NCBI GenBank assembly: GCA_005885245.1
Contig: VAWR01000059.1
Span: forward strand, 12,077 to 76,076
Direction: 5' to 3'
Length of the DNA stretch: 64,000 nucleotides
DNA from: Actinomycetota bacterium
GTDB taxonomy: Bacteria; Actinomycetota; Thermoleophilia; Gaiellales; Gaiellaceae
This document shows, piece after piece, positions 17,125 through 29,353 of this stretch. How positions within the stretch are numbered: position 1 is the first letter of the stretch; each line of letters starts with the position of its first letter. The notes beneath the pieces were generated by a model. It saw nothing but the letters and a program-made list of their open reading frames with translations, was not told the DNA's origin and searched no databases. The translations under genes were made by a program, and so were the position numbers.

Positions 17125-18250
17125 CGACGAGCCACGGCGAATAGTCGTCCCCGTAGCCGCGCCCGGGTCGATCGACGAGGACGACGTCATCGGCGCCGAT
17201 CTTCTCATGCCAATGCGCCAGGCAGGCGCGCTGCGAGACGTCACGAAGCCGGGCGCTCCGCGCCTTCTTGATCTCCGGCGGAACGGAGTCGAGGGTGGCC
17301 GTCTCGGTGCCCGGCCTCGGCGAATAAGGGAAGACGTGGACCTTGGTGATCCCGGCGGCCTCGACCACGTCCAGCGTGCGCAGGAAGGCCGGCTCGGTCT
17401 CCGTCGGAAAACCGACGATGACGTCCGTCGTCAGGTTGAAGTCCCCGAACGCCTCGAGCCGGCGCAGATAGGTCGCCGCGGTGTAGCGACGTGCCATGTC
17501 GCGGAGCACGCCGTCGTCTCCGGACTGCAACGGAACATGCAGATGGCGGCTGACTGTCGGCGTCTCCCGCAGGGCTGCCTCCAGCTCCCGGCCGACGTGG
17601 TTCACCTCGATCGAGGAAAGGCGCAGGCGTTCGAGGCCGGAGACCGCGCCCACCTCGCGCACGAGCCTCGGCAATGCATAGCCCGAGGTGCGGTCCCTGT
17701 AGCACCCCAGGTTGATGCCGGTGAGCACGATTTCGCGATGACCCTGTGCAACCCGACGTCGCACTTCGTCCAGCACGGCGGCAGCCTCCCGGCTGCGGGA
17801 ACGGCCTCGCACGAGCGGGATGACGCAGAAGTTGCACGAGAAGCTGCAACCATCCTGGACCTTGACGAACGCTCGGACCCGGTCGAGGCGCGCGTCGCCC
17901 TGCACGCAACCGATCGCGCCGACGTCCCCGGCCACGAATCCAGGCGTCTCCTCGCTCCGTCGCGCCACCACCGTGACGTTGGCAGGCAGACCCGCGAAAG
18001 CATCGCCCGCGAGGTTCGCCGCGCAGCCGGTCACGTAGACGCGGCGATGCGTGCGGGACGCACGAGCTGCAGCTTGCCGGGACTTGCGCACCGCCTCGTT
18101 CGTGACACAACACGTGTTCACGATCGCGACCTCCCCAGCGTCGTCGTGAGGCTGTTCGGTGTGGCCTTCGCGAAGCAGGCGCTCGCGTACCTCGTGAGCG
18201 TCGGTGTGGGAGACCTTGCAGCCGAGAAAGCGGACGGAGAACGTCGCCAC
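17054..18250 (-). CDS. mtaB: tRNA (N6-threonylcarbamoyl-A37) methylthiotransferase MtaB
   Basis: It has the UPF0004 N-domain (FLGCKVSHTD, NTCCVT), the radical-SAM motif CSFSCNFC and a C-terminal TRAM-like region. GTG start at 18250. It follows prmA as in the Bacillus dnaJ-prmA-(rsmE)-mtaB locus. Confidence 0.85.
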   Translation of the reverse strand: MATFSVRFLGCKVSHTDAHEVRERLLREGHTEQPHDDAGEVAIVNTCCVTNEAVRKSRQAAARASRTHRRVYVTGCAANLAGDAFAGLPANVTVVARRSEETPGFVAGDVGAIGCVQGDARLDRVRAFVKVQDGCSFSCNFCVIPLVRGRSRSREAAAVLDEVRRRVAQGHREIVLTGINLGCYRDRTSGYALPRLVREVGAVSGLERLRLSSIEVNHVGRELEAALRETPTVSRHLHVPLQSGDDGVLRDMARRYTAATYLRRLEAFGDFNLTTDVIVGFPTETEPAFLRTLDVVEAAGITKVHVFPYSPRPGTETATLDSVPPEIKKARSARLRDVSQRACLAHWHEKIGADDVVLVDRPGRGYGDDYSPWLVDAPVGQFVPVRGAAVSEEGILAA

Positions 18251-18285
18251 CGGCCGGATGCTACTCGGCCGCGATGCGAGATTCG

Positions 18286-19047
18286 TCACATCGCTTCGTG
18301 GAGATCCGCGGCCCAACCGTCGCGCGTCACGCGCCGGACATGCCTGAAAGGTGGGAGCGACGGCTCGTCGGTCGGGAGGTAGCCCGAGGCGACGACGCGG
18401 CGCGATCGCAGGCGCGGCGCAAGCGCCGCCGCCGCCGGCCGAGTGATGTTTGCGAGCGCGACCTCGCCGGCGGGGGGTGCATCGGCCAGAGCGTCTGCGA
18501 GACGTACGTCAATGGCAACCCCATTTGCCGCAGCGTTGAGGCGAGTCGCCTCGACTGCGTTGGCATCGGCGTCGAGCGCCACAACAGGCGCGAAACCCAG
18601 TTTGGCTGCGACGATCGCGAGCACGCCTGACCCACACCCGATGTCCACGGCGCTCGCGGGCTCGAGGTCCAGCAAGAGCTCGATGCAAAGCTGCGTAGTG
18701 GGATGCGCGCCGGTACCAAAGGCACGCCCGGGGTCGATCACGATCGCGGTCGCGTCCGCAGGGGGGTCGTGCCAGGGGGGACCAACCCAGAGCGGCCCGA
18801 CCCGGACCGGATGGTGGAACGACTTCCACCGATCGCGCCAGTCGGCGGCGACATCCTCTCCACGCACCCCTCCGAACGAGTGCCAGAGACGTTCCTCACC
18901 GCTGGAGTCCGTGTAGGCCACGAGCTCGATCCCGTCCGCTCGATCGACCTCTTCGAAGCCGTCGGGAAAGAGCTCGAGCATCTGTGCCCGCGCTTCTTCG
19001 ACGCGCTCTACAGGAACTGCGACCGAGACGCGCCGCAGGACGTTCAG
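18286..19047 (-). CDS. prmA: Ribosomal protein L11 methyltransferase PrmA
   Basis: It has [15 protein letters not shown] and [11 protein letters not shown] (SAM motif I). The conserved N-terminal strand ([16 protein letters not shown]) has no ATG/GTG/TTG in front of it. The CTG at 19047 overlaps the dnaJ TGA (CTGA). Confidence 0.8.
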   Translation of the reverse strand: MNVLRRVSVAVPVERVEEARAQMLELFPDGFEEVDRADGIELVAYTDSSGEERLWHSFGGVRGEDVAADWRDRWKSFHHPVRVGPLWVGPPWHDPPADATAIVIDPGRAFGTGAHPTTQLCIELLLDLEPASAVDIGCGSGVLAIVAAKLGFAPVVALDADANAVEATRLNAAANGVAIDVRLADALADAPPAGEVALANITRPAAAALAPRLRSRRVVASGYLPTDEPSLPPFRHVRRVTRDGWAADLHEAM

Positions 19048-20162
19048 CGGAAAGCGCTCTTCAGCTTGTCGAAGAACCCCTCGCTCGGCTGGTAGGTCTC
19101 CTCGGTCGACAGCTGCTCGAACTGCGCGAGCAAACGGCGCTGTTCTTCTGTCAGGTGCCGCGGGACAGACACGTTGACCAGCACTCGCTGGTTGCCGCGA
19201 CCGAACCCTTGCAGCACGGGCAGGCCACGTCCGCGCAAAACGCGCACCTCGCCCGGTTGCGTTCCCGGCTCGAACGTGATGTCCACGTCCCCTTCGAGGG
19301 TCGGCACCGGCAGGGTCGTGCCGAGCGCGGCCTCTGTCACCGTGAGGTCGACCGTCGTGTAGACGTCGTTCCCCTCGCGCACGAAGCGGTCGTCGTGACG
19401 AACATGCACCTCGACGTAGGCGTCGCCCGCGCGTCCTCCCGTTGCGCCGGCATGTCCCTCGCCGCTCAGCCGGATCCGCTGGCCGTCGTGGATGCCGGGG
19501 GGAATCTCGACCTCGAGCGTCCGCTCCTGGATCACGCGGCCGGCTCCTCGACACTGCTCGCACGGCTGCTCGATCAGGTGGCCCGATCCGGAGCACGTCG
19601 GACACGCGCCGGTCCGGACGAACTCGCCGAAGACGCTGCGCGACACCTGACGCACGCGACCGCTGCCGCCGCACGTCGGACATGACCTGATCTGCGTATC
19701 GGGCTCCGCCCCGTTCCCGCCGCAGCGGCCACAGGGCACCGCAACGCCGAATGGGACCTCCCGCTTGGTCCCCGTCGCGACCTCCCCGAGATCGATCTCG
19801 ACGTGGGCTGCGATGTCGGCGCCTCGCCCGCGGCCGCCGCGGCCGCCGACCCCGAACAGGTCGTCGCCGAAGAAGGCCGAGAAGAGATCGGAGAGGCTGC
19901 CGAGATCGAAAGCGGAGGGCTGGAAGCCGCCGCTGCGCAGTCCTGCGTGGCCGAACCGGTCGTACAGCTCTCGCCGCTCGGAATTGGAGAGCACCTCGTA
20001 CGCTTCGACGACCTCGCGGAATCGATGCTCGGCGTCAGGCGCCTCGGAGACGTCGGGATGCAGCTCGCGGGCAAGCCGACGGAAGGCGCGCTTGATCTCG
20101 TCGGCGCTCGCGTCCCGCGTCACTCCGAGGAGCTCGTAGTAGTCGCGCTCTGCGGTCGCCAT
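19044..20162 (-). CDS. dnaJ: Molecular chaperone DnaJ
   Basis: It has a J domain with HPD (DYYELLGV ... ELHPDV), a G/F region and four CxxCxGxG repeats ([32 protein letters not shown]). Confidence 0.95.
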   Translation of the reverse strand: MATAERDYYELLGVTRDASADEIKRAFRRLARELHPDVSEAPDAEHRFREVVEAYEVLSNSERRELYDRFGHAGLRSGGFQPSAFDLGSLSDLFSAFFGDDLFGVGGRGGRGRGADIAAHVEIDLGEVATGTKREVPFGVAVPCGRCGGNGAEPDTQIRSCPTCGGSGRVRQVSRSVFGEFVRTGACPTCSGSGHLIEQPCEQCRGAGRVIQERTLEVEIPPGIHDGQRIRLSGEGHAGATGGRAGDAYVEVHVRHDDRFVREGNDVYTTVDLTVTEAALGTTLPVPTLEGDVDITFEPGTQPGEVRVLRGRGLPVLQGFGRGNQRVLVNVSVPRHLTEEQRRLLAQFEQLSTEETYQPSEGFFDKLKSAFR

Positions 20163-20286
20163 CTACAGCACCGCTTGTGGTGCCGTCCTCAGGCGGGCCG
20201 TGCTCTCTCCGTGCGGCCGTCTGGCTTGACGGGTCGACCCGATTGCAGTCCTCGAGAACATCTGACGCACAAGCGTAGCGCCGCGC

Positions 20287-21330
20287 TCAGTCGTCCTCGT
20301 AGACCTCCTCGACGAAGCGCGACAGCACCCGAGCGGCACCGCGCACGGAGCGAATGGCCTTGTCGTAGTCCATGCGCGCAGGTCCGAGCAACCCGACGGC
20401 CCCGAGTGCGCGGTTCGTCAACCCATAGCTCGCGCCGACGAGGGCCGCATCCTGGAAAGCAGGATGCTCGAGCTCACCGCCGACCCGGACGAAGGCCAGA
20501 CGGGGGTCGAGCGCTTGTCCGAGGATCTCCAGCAGCGCTGCACGCCGCTCGAGCGTGACGAGAACGTGCCGGTACATGCCGAGGTCGTCCTCACGCGCGG
20601 AATCGAGCACGCCTGCCGCCCCGCCGACGTACAGCCGCTGCTCGGCCTGGAGCAGATCGGTGAAAGCCGGCCTGAGGGCCGCGAGAAACTCCCGCTCGGC
20701 GCTCGAGTGGCCGGGATCCTCCAACCGGCGCCGCAGGCGGCTGGTCCCGAGCTGCAGCCCCGCGACCCGCTCGTTCAGATACTCGCCCGCCCACTTCGCA
20801 AGTCCCGGATCGACGGGTCGATCGAAGGTGACGACCCGCTTGGCCACGCCTCCCGTCGACGTGATCACCACCGCCATGACGGTGCGCGGATTGAGGAGGA
20901 GCACCTCGACATGACGCACGGTCGTCGTCTCGAGCGCCGGCGCCGAGACGAGGGCGAGCTGACTGGTGAGCCGCGAGAGCATCTCCGTCGTCGCCTCGAG
21001 GACGGAATCGATCTCGCGCCGAAGCTCGGACAGGTCGAGCGGGAACAAGCCCGGCCGCGAGTCCTGGCGGGCCAGCAGCTCCGCCGCGTAGAGCTTGTAG
21101 CCCTGCTCGGTCGGAATCCGGCCGGCCGAAGTGTGCGGATGCGTCAGCAACCCCTGGCTCTCGAGCTCCGCCAGCTCGTTGCGCACGGTCGAAGGAGAGA
21201 CGCGCAGCCCACCGCGCTCGACGAGGTGCCTGGAGCCGACCGGCTGGCCGCTCGCCACGTACTCCTCCACCACGAGCGCGAGCAGCTCGCGTTGGCGCTC
21301 CGTGAGAGCTGTCGCAGGATCCGACGCCAT
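20287..21330 (-). CDS. hrcA: Heat-inducible transcription repressor HrcA
   Basis: It has an N-terminal winged helix (LTERQRELLALVVEEYVASGQPVGS ... SPSTVRNELAELE) and is 347 aa. It lies between hemW and dnaJ as in many Gram-positives. Confidence 0.9.
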   Translation of the reverse strand: MASDPATALTERQRELLALVVEEYVASGQPVGSRHLVERGGLRVSPSTVRNELAELESQGLLTHPHTSAGRIPTEQGYKLYAAELLARQDSRPGLFPLDLSELRREIDSVLEATTEMLSRLTSQLALVSAPALETTTVRHVEVLLLNPRTVMAVVITSTGGVAKRVVTFDRPVDPGLAKWAGEYLNERVAGLQLGTSRLRRRLEDPGHSSAEREFLAALRPAFTDLLQAEQRLYVGGAAGVLDSAREDDLGMYRHVLVTLERRAALLEILGQALDPRLAFVRVGGELEHPAFQDAALVGASYGLTNRALGAVGLLGPARMDYDKAIRSVRGAARVLSRFVEEVYEDD

Positions 21331-21354
21331 TTGCAGGAATTTTAGCGCCGTGAC

Positions 21355-22451
21355 TTAGACGAGCAGGTCGGCCGTGACTCCACCGCCCAGAAAGCGACCG
21401 CGCGCGGTCAGCGCGAGCGTGCGCATGTCGGTGCGTACGAGCCCGAGGTGCGCGAGCCTCTTCATCGCGTCCTGGTCGACGACCTGTGCCAGCTCACCGA
21501 GCACCAACGGCTCGTCCAGTCGCAGGCCCAGCATCACACGCTCGCGCCGGCGGACCTCGTCCGAGAGCGGCTCAACCTCACGCTGTGGTCGCGATCTCGC
21601 CTCGAGCGCCTCCATGTACGCGGCCAGCCGAGGTGTGTTCCGCCAGCGACGGCCGTCCACGGTCGACACCGCGCCCACCCCGAGGCCCAGATAGTCGCGG
21701 CCGAGCCAGTAGGCCAGGTTGTGACGTGAGCGCAGATCGAGGTCGCCCTCCCGGCAGAAGTTGGCGGTCTCGTACCAGCGGTACCCGGCTGCGGTCAGAC
21801 GGTCGACAACGAGCTCGAAGTACGACTCCATCGTCTCGGCCTGGCGTTGAAGCTCGCCGCCGTGGGCATGGCTGAAGCGCGTCCCCGGCTTGGCCTCGAG
21901 CTCGTAGCACGACAGGTGCTCGGGGCCGAGCTCGATAGCTGCGCCGAGGTCCGTCTCGAGGTCGGCGGGGCTCTGGCCGGGAATCCCGTAGATGAGGTCG
22001 AGTGAGATGTTGTCAAATCCGGCATCGCGAAGATCGTAGAAGGCACGCCGGACGGTGTCCGGTTTGGCAACGCGGTCGAGAACGTCGAGGAGGTGCGGCT
22101 GGAAGCTCTGTACGCCGAGCGAGACACGGTTCACTCCGAACCGGCGCAGCAAGGCCGCGAGCGCCTGCGTCACGGTCTCGGGGTTCGCCTCAACCGTCAC
22201 CTCGGCGGCGTCCGGCAGGGCCCCGAGCAGCCGCGCGAGCGCACGGGGCTCGGTGAAGGTCGGCGTGCCGCCGCCGAGAAAGACGGTCTCGAGCTGCGGA
22301 GCCAAGAGCTCGCGCTCCAGCTCGAGCTCGTGGAGCAGCGCGTCGACGTACGGTCCGTGCTGAGCGCCGCGTCCGACGACCGTGACGAAGTCGCAGTAGC
22401 CGCAGCGTTGGGCGCAGAACGGCAAGTGCACGTAAAGGTGACGCACGCGCG

Positions 22452-22455
<4 letters not shown>
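21355..22455 (-). CDS. hemW: Radical SAM heme chaperone HemW (HemN-like, oxygen-independent coproporphyrinogen oxidase family)
   Basis: It has [17 protein letters not shown] (CxxxCxxC) and a GGGTP motif. The TTG at 22455 overlaps the lepA TGA; GTG 22446 is an alternative. Confidence 0.85.
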
Positions 22456-24238
<1,783 letters not shown>

Positions 24239-24242
<4 letters not shown>

Positions 24243-25816
24243 GTTTCGCCGCGCTGAAGACGGCTTCGCAACGCTAGCAACGCGCCGAGCTCGCGAACCT
24301 TCAGCGCCCTGGACGCGAGCAGGTAGACGCCGGTCGCCGCGACCAGGGCCACGCCCACGGAGAGGACCTGCGCGGCGACGGACCGGCCGAAGGCGCGGTC
24401 GAGCCCGTACCAGGCGCCGTAGGCGGTGCCCGCGACGAAGGCGGACGCGACGACGATGCGCCCGATCGAGTTGGCGATCTCACCGAACTCGATCCGGCCG
24501 AGACGGCGGCGCATGAGCACGAGCAGCACCGCGCTGCCCGCGATGTTCACCACCGACGTGGCGAGGGGGATGCCCCACGTGCCGAACCGGTAGAACGCAG
24601 CGTCGAACGCTGCGTTCAGGCCGAGGTTCCCGAGTGCGACCGTCGTCGGGATCCAGTTCGACTGAAGACTGAAGAACGCTCGGTTGAGCAGCAGCATCGC
24701 GCCGTTGAAGAAGAGACCTGCGGAGAAGGCTGCGAGCGCGCCGGCCACTATCGGCGTCTGCGACGGCTGGAACGCACCGCGTTCGTAGATCAGCCGCGTG
24801 ATCGGCTCCGCCAGCACGGCGCTCACGGCCCCGGCCGGGATGAGCAGGAACGCGATCTGGCGTAGGCCCAGCGCGACGGTATTGCGGAAGCCGGCGCGGT
24901 CGTCGCGCGCCGCCAGACGGGCGAGCGCGGGAAACAGCACGGTCGTGATCGCAACCGAAAAGATCCCCTGCGGCAGCATGTAGAGCCTGAACGCTCTGTC
25001 GATCGCCGTCGGCGCGAGCTTTGGATCGATCAGCCGCGACGCGAAGATCGAGTCGACGACCGCGTTGAAGTTGATCAGGCCCAGCCCGAGAGTGACCGGC
25101 ACCATCAGCCGTAGCACACGCCAGACGGCCGGGTCGCGCCAGTCGATCACGATCCGCAAGCTCCCGTCCAGGCCCCGCAACCAGGGCAGCGGCAGCAGGA
25201 CCTGCAACAGGGTCCCGACGAGGATCGAAACGGCGTACACGTAGAGCTTTGCGTCGATCGTGTGCGTGTGCGGAACCCCGATGACGAGACCGAGGATGAT
25301 CGCGAGGTTCCAGAAGACCGGGCTGAGTGCCGGAACCGTGAAGCGCTCGTAGCTATTGAGAACTCCCACGACGATTCCCGAGACCCCGAGCAGGACGACG
25401 ATCGGAAAGAGAACTCGGGAAAGGCCGATCGCGAGCTGCCGATCGCCGCCCGGATTGCCGAAGAGGCTGATGATCCACGGGGCGAGCAGGACGAAGAGCG
25501 CTGTCAGGCCGGTCAGCACGAGCAGCACGAGCCAGAAGAGACTCGAGGCGACGCGCCAGGCGCGCTTCCGGTCACCCCGCTCGAGCAGCTCGGTGAAGAC
25601 CGGGATGAATGCAGCGGACAGGGCGAAGTCCGCGACGAGAGCCCTGAACAGGTTCGGGACCTGGAACGCGATCGTGAACGCGTTGATCTTCCCGCCGACT
25701 CCGAAGTAGTAGGAGGCGACCATCTCGCGGATGAGCCCCATCACGCGCGAGACACCGGTGGCGAGCGAGAAGATCGCCGTCGACCTTGCGAGCCGGCGGC
25801 CGGAACGCTCGTCCAC
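24239..25816 (-). CDS. murJ: Lipid II flippase MurJ (MviN family)
   Basis: Polytopic membrane protein with [17 protein letters not shown] and [13 protein letters not shown] motifs. The stop overlaps the lepA ATG. GTG 25816 is preferred over 25879 because it leaves room for the divergent rpsT promoter. Confidence 0.85.
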
Positions 25817-25913
25817 GCGGCGAGTATAGGGAGGGCGCTGAACGGCGCTCCCTGGGCTGCCAAGCGGCTTTGCTACCATCGTCGCGCCCGCGCACCGCGG
25901 GCCTTTTCACGCG

Positions 25914-26177
25914 ATGCCGAACATCAAGCAGCAGAAGAAGCGCGTTCGCACGGCGGCCAAGGAGCGGCTGGAGAACCTGCACTACCGCTCGACGGCGAAG
26001 ACGCTCGCCAAGCGTCTCGACTCGGCCGTCCAGTCCGGCGACCAGACCCGCGTGGACGCCGAGCATCGTGAGCTCGTGCACTGGCTCGACCGCGCGGCGG
26101 CAAAGGGCGCGCTCCACCGGAACACGGCCGCTCGCCGCAAGGCGCAGGCGGCCAAGCTCGTCGCCGGCAAGCGCTAG
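25914..26177 (+). CDS. rpsT: 30S ribosomal protein S20
   Basis: MPNIKQQKKRVRTAAKERLENLHYRS ... an 87-aa basic protein with the typical S20 N-terminus. Confidence 0.95.
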   Translation: MPNIKQQKKRVRTAAKERLENLHYRSTAKTLAKRLDSAVQSGDQTRVDAEHRELVHWLDRAAAKGALHRNTAARRKAQAAKLVAGKR

Positions 26178-26180
26178 GTA

Positions 26181-27164
26181 CTAGGCGATCAGCGCAGCTT
26201 CACGCGGGCGGGTGATATCGATCAGGGCGCGCTCGAGCTCGAGATCGACAGCGAGGCGAGAGCCGCCCTTGACGGCGTGGTCGAGCGCCGCGAGCCGCAC
26301 GACGGCGCCCCGCAACTCGTCGGGACCGTAGTTCCGGGCCTGCGTGTAGAGCTTCTCGACGTAGAAGGGGTGGCGTTTCAGCCGTGCAGCTGCTTCGCGC
26401 GAGCTCAGGCCTTCCGCGGCGAAGGCCTGGCAGTCGCGGACCCGCCCGACGTGCGCCACGAGCAGGCCGATGAGGGCGGGCACCGTGCGTGAAACGGGGT
26501 CGCCCGAACGCTCGAGAAGCGTCTGGCAGGAGGTCAGCACGCCGGCGAGGTCGCGCCGGCCCCACGCGTCGGTGAGCTCGTAACCGGGAACTTCCGCGCA
26601 ACCCGCCGCGAGCTGCTCGATCTCACCAACGCCGACCGGATCGGAGCCGGCCCACGTCGTGATCTTGTCCACCTCGCTCGCAAGCTCTTCTGGGTTCTCG
26701 CCGACGATCTCGACGAGCACCCGCGCCGCTTCGGGATCGACCTGCACCCCACGCTCCTTGAACTGCGTCGACACCCAGTCGCCGAGCCGGCGCTTCGGAA
26801 CGTCGTACGTGAGGATCTCGCCGGCCTTGGCACAGGCTTTGCCAAGCGCGGAGTCCTTCTTCAGCTCCGCGGCGACCAGCGCGAGGACCGTGTCGGGCGC
26901 GGGATCGGTGAGGTACTCGGCGAGCGTCTTGGCGTCCGGCGCCTTCCAGCGTTCGACGTCCTCGACGATGACGAGACGTCGCCCGCCACCGAGTAGTCCC
27001 ATCGAGTTGCACGCGGCGACCGCATCGCCCGCGCTCGCTTCGCTTGCCGAGAGCATTTCGACCGCGTCCTCGCCGATCCGGCTGCGCAGTCGACGCAGCG
27101 CTCGCTGGATCTTCGGGCGGTCGGCGCCGGTGATCAGATAGACGGGCTTGAGCTCCGCTGCCAT
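26181..27164 (-). CDS. holA: DNA polymerase III subunit delta
   Basis: The 327-aa protein matches the HolA pattern (VYLITGADRP ..., LVIVEDVERW). It sits in the conserved comEC-holA / rpsT neighbourhood. Confidence 0.8.
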   Translation of the reverse strand: MAAELKPVYLITGADRPKIQRALRRLRSRIGEDAVEMLSASEASAGDAVAACNSMGLLGGGRRLVIVEDVERWKAPDAKTLAEYLTDPAPDTVLALVAAELKKDSALGKACAKAGEILTYDVPKRRLGDWVSTQFKERGVQVDPEAARVLVEIVGENPEELASEVDKITTWAGSDPVGVGEIEQLAAGCAEVPGYELTDAWGRRDLAGVLTSCQTLLERSGDPVSRTVPALIGLLVAHVGRVRDCQAFAAEGLSSREAAARLKRHPFYVEKLYTQARNYGPDELRGAVVRLAALDHAVKGGSRLAVDLELERALIDITRPREAALIA

Positions 27165-27251
27165 CGGGCTAGACCTGGACGCCGACTCGGCGGCGCCGGA
27201 TGGAGACCATGCGGGCTTCGCCCGCGCGGCCGTTTTGTGTCCACTCCCGGG

Positions 27252-28709
27252 CTATTCGACGGTCGAATCCCACTTCGAAGGGACAGCATAGGCGGCAAGG
27301 ATGAAGGCTCCGGCGAGCAAGAGCACCAGGCTGCGGGTCGAGGTGATCTGCGCGATCGGCAGGCCGCCGATCAGGCGGGCCACCAGGACCAGATAGGCGG
27401 CACACCAGCCGTTCAACCAGGCAAGCGCGGCTGCTGCTCCGGGCGAGAGTGGCGCTAGGACCGCCGCGCCGAGGGCGAGACCGAGCAACGGCGTCACGAC
27501 GGGCGCGGCAAGCGCGTTCGCGGGAACGGTCAACAGCTGGAGGGTGTGGAACTGCAGCCATGCGATCGGCGCGGTCGCCAGGCCACACGCCGCAGACACC
27601 GCGACCACGAGCCGCAGCGGCCTCCCGAGCGGGTAGCCCTGGAGGGCACGGTCGAAGCGGGGCACCAGTAGGAAGATCGCGCCGACCGCCGCGAACGAGA
27701 GTTGAAATCCAGCATCGAGCAACGTGTACGGGTTCGAGGCGAGCAGGACGATTGCGCCGACCAGGAGCAGGTGCCAACGATCCGCCGCACGGGCCGTGAG
27801 CCACGCCAGGGACCCGAGCGCTCCCGCGACGCCGGCGCGGACGACCGAGGGCTGCGCGCCGACCGCGAGTACATAGGCGAAGATGGCTGCCAGGGCGCCC
27901 ACCTCCGCGAGCAGGCGCGGCACACCGACGAGCCACGCGAAGACGAGCGCGCTGCCCGCGACGAGTGCGACGTTCTGACCCGAGACGGCGAGCAGGTGGT
28001 ATAGCCCCGCGGCGCGAAATCGCTGTCGCAACTCGGCCGAAAGGCCGGTGTCCTCGCCGAGCACCACGCCCTCGACGACCGCCGCCCGCGAGCCGCGGAG
28101 ACCGCGTGCCACGGAGTTCCGCAGCCGGCGCCGCACCGCGTCTGCGACACCGCCGAGCCCGCGTCGCCGACCCACGTCCCGCCAGCTGTGGATCCGCAGC
28201 ACGACGTGCACCCCGTGACGACGCAACCACGTTCGTTCGTCGAAGCCGTGCTTTCGTCCGCGTGGCTCGGTCACTTGAGCGACCGCATCCAGGATCGCGC
28301 CTTGGGGAGGCGCCCGGCCGAGTGGCAGCCTCAACAGCACCGGCTCGCGGAGAACGAGGTCGCCGTAGCGAACGGCAACCGCAGGCGCGCGCACGTCGTA
28401 CCGCCCTCGCTGGGCGGGACCCGTCACGACCACGCGTGCGCGGTCGGCGGTCTCGAGCCGGGAACGCAGCGGGCTGCGGTCGATTGCGTTCAACCGCGCA
28501 CTCCCCCACCACCAGCCGCACAGGATGAGCGACAGCCCGAGAAACCCGAGACGGCGTGGCTCGTCGAGGAAGACCGCGACCGAGCCGACGACGGCCGACA
28601 GCATCAGGATCAACCCCGTTTGAGCACGCACAACGTTCGCAGCGGCCAGGCCGACGCACAACGAGCCGGCCAGCACCTGGGGAAAACGCCGAAGCGCGAG
28701 CGCCGTCAC
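27252..28709 (-). CDS. comEC: ComEC/Rec2 family competence membrane protein (no beta-lactamase domain)
   Basis: Polytopic 485-aa protein with the competence domain pattern (GLYHLLAVSGQNVALV). The GTG at 28709 overlaps the comEA TGA. Confidence 0.8.
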   Translation of the reverse strand: MTALALRRFPQVLAGSLCVGLAAANVVRAQTGLILMLSAVVGSVAVFLDEPRRLGFLGLSLILCGWWWGSARLNAIDRSPLRSRLETADRARVVVTGPAQRGRYDVRAPAVAVRYGDLVLREPVLLRLPLGRAPPQGAILDAVAQVTEPRGRKHGFDERTWLRRHGVHVVLRIHSWRDVGRRRGLGGVADAVRRRLRNSVARGLRGSRAAVVEGVVLGEDTGLSAELRQRFRAAGLYHLLAVSGQNVALVAGSALVFAWLVGVPRLLAEVGALAAIFAYVLAVGAQPSVVRAGVAGALGSLAWLTARAADRWHLLLVGAIVLLASNPYTLLDAGFQLSFAAVGAIFLLVPRFDRALQGYPLGRPLRLVVAVSAACGLATAPIAWLQFHTLQLLTVPANALAAPVVTPLLGLALGAAVLAPLSPGAAAALAWLNGWCAAYLVLVARLIGGLPIAQITSTRSLVLLLAGAFILAAYAVPSKWDSTVE

Positions 28710-29284
28710 GGCGCCACGAGCCCCCGCAACTGCTCGAGCCGTGCCGGACCGATACCTGGAATCGCGTCGAGCTCGTCGACCGAGCCGAACGCGCCGTGCT
28801 CCTGCCGGTAGTCGAGGATCTTCTGGGCCGTCACCGGCCCGACCCCGGGCAAGGCATCGAGCTGCTCGGGCGTGGCGCTATTCAGGTGCACCGGCCCACT
28901 CGGCGCCATTGCGCCGCCCGACCCCACAGCGACACCGCCGCCTCCGCGACGAGGCACGACGATCTGCTCTCCGTCCGAGACGCGCGCGGCCAGATTGACG
29001 AGCTCCAGTTGCGCGCGGCGCGTCACGCCACCCGCACGCGAGACCGCACTCGCGACCCGCGAACCCTCGGGCAGCCGGTAGAGACCGGGGCGGCGAACCG
29101 CTCCCACGACATTCACGAAGATGGTCGCGGGAGCCGTGGTCCGCGCCGGCGCGGCGACGCGAACCGGCGGCGGCACGCCCGGCGTGCCGGAACGCAGTAG
29201 AAACCTCCCGCCCAGGGCGAGCAGAAGCACCAGCAGAATCGCACCGACGAGAATCCGCCGGCGATCGAGAACGGCCTCGGGCAT
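28706..29284 (-). CDS. comEA: ComEA family DNA-binding protein
   Basis: It has an N-terminal anchor, a SLBB-like middle and C-terminal tandem helix-hairpin-helix motifs (LNSATPEQLDALPGVGPVTAQKILDYR ... LDAIPGIGPARLEQL). Confidence 0.85.
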   Translation of the reverse strand: MPEAVLDRRRILVGAILLVLLLALGGRFLLRSGTPGVPPPVRVAAPARTTAPATIFVNVVGAVRRPGLYRLPEGSRVASAVSRAGGVTRRAQLELVNLAARVSDGEQIVVPRRGGGGVAVGSGGAMAPSGPVHLNSATPEQLDALPGVGPVTAQKILDYRQEHGAFGSVDELDAIPGIGPARLEQLRGLVAP

Positions 29285-29353
29285 GTCGCCAATTGTGACA
29301 ACACGCCGGTCACAGATCCGTAACCGCCTCGTGCCGAGAGTGCGCCGAGCTAC

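Noticed and set aside
20163-21360. CIRCE operator (TTAGCACTC-N9-GAGTGCTAA) for HrcA near hrcA/dnaJ
   Set aside because: Nothing close to the inverted repeat is visible in the hrcA-dnaJ spacer or upstream of hrcA. The TTAGCGCC at 21341 has no partner. The operator is probably at groES/groEL loci outside the window.
27241-27290. tRNA-like T-arm sequence GGTCGAATCCCAC
   Set aside because: There are no complementary stem halves and no cloverleaf. The sequence lies inside the comEC coding region (encoding ...SKWDSTVE).
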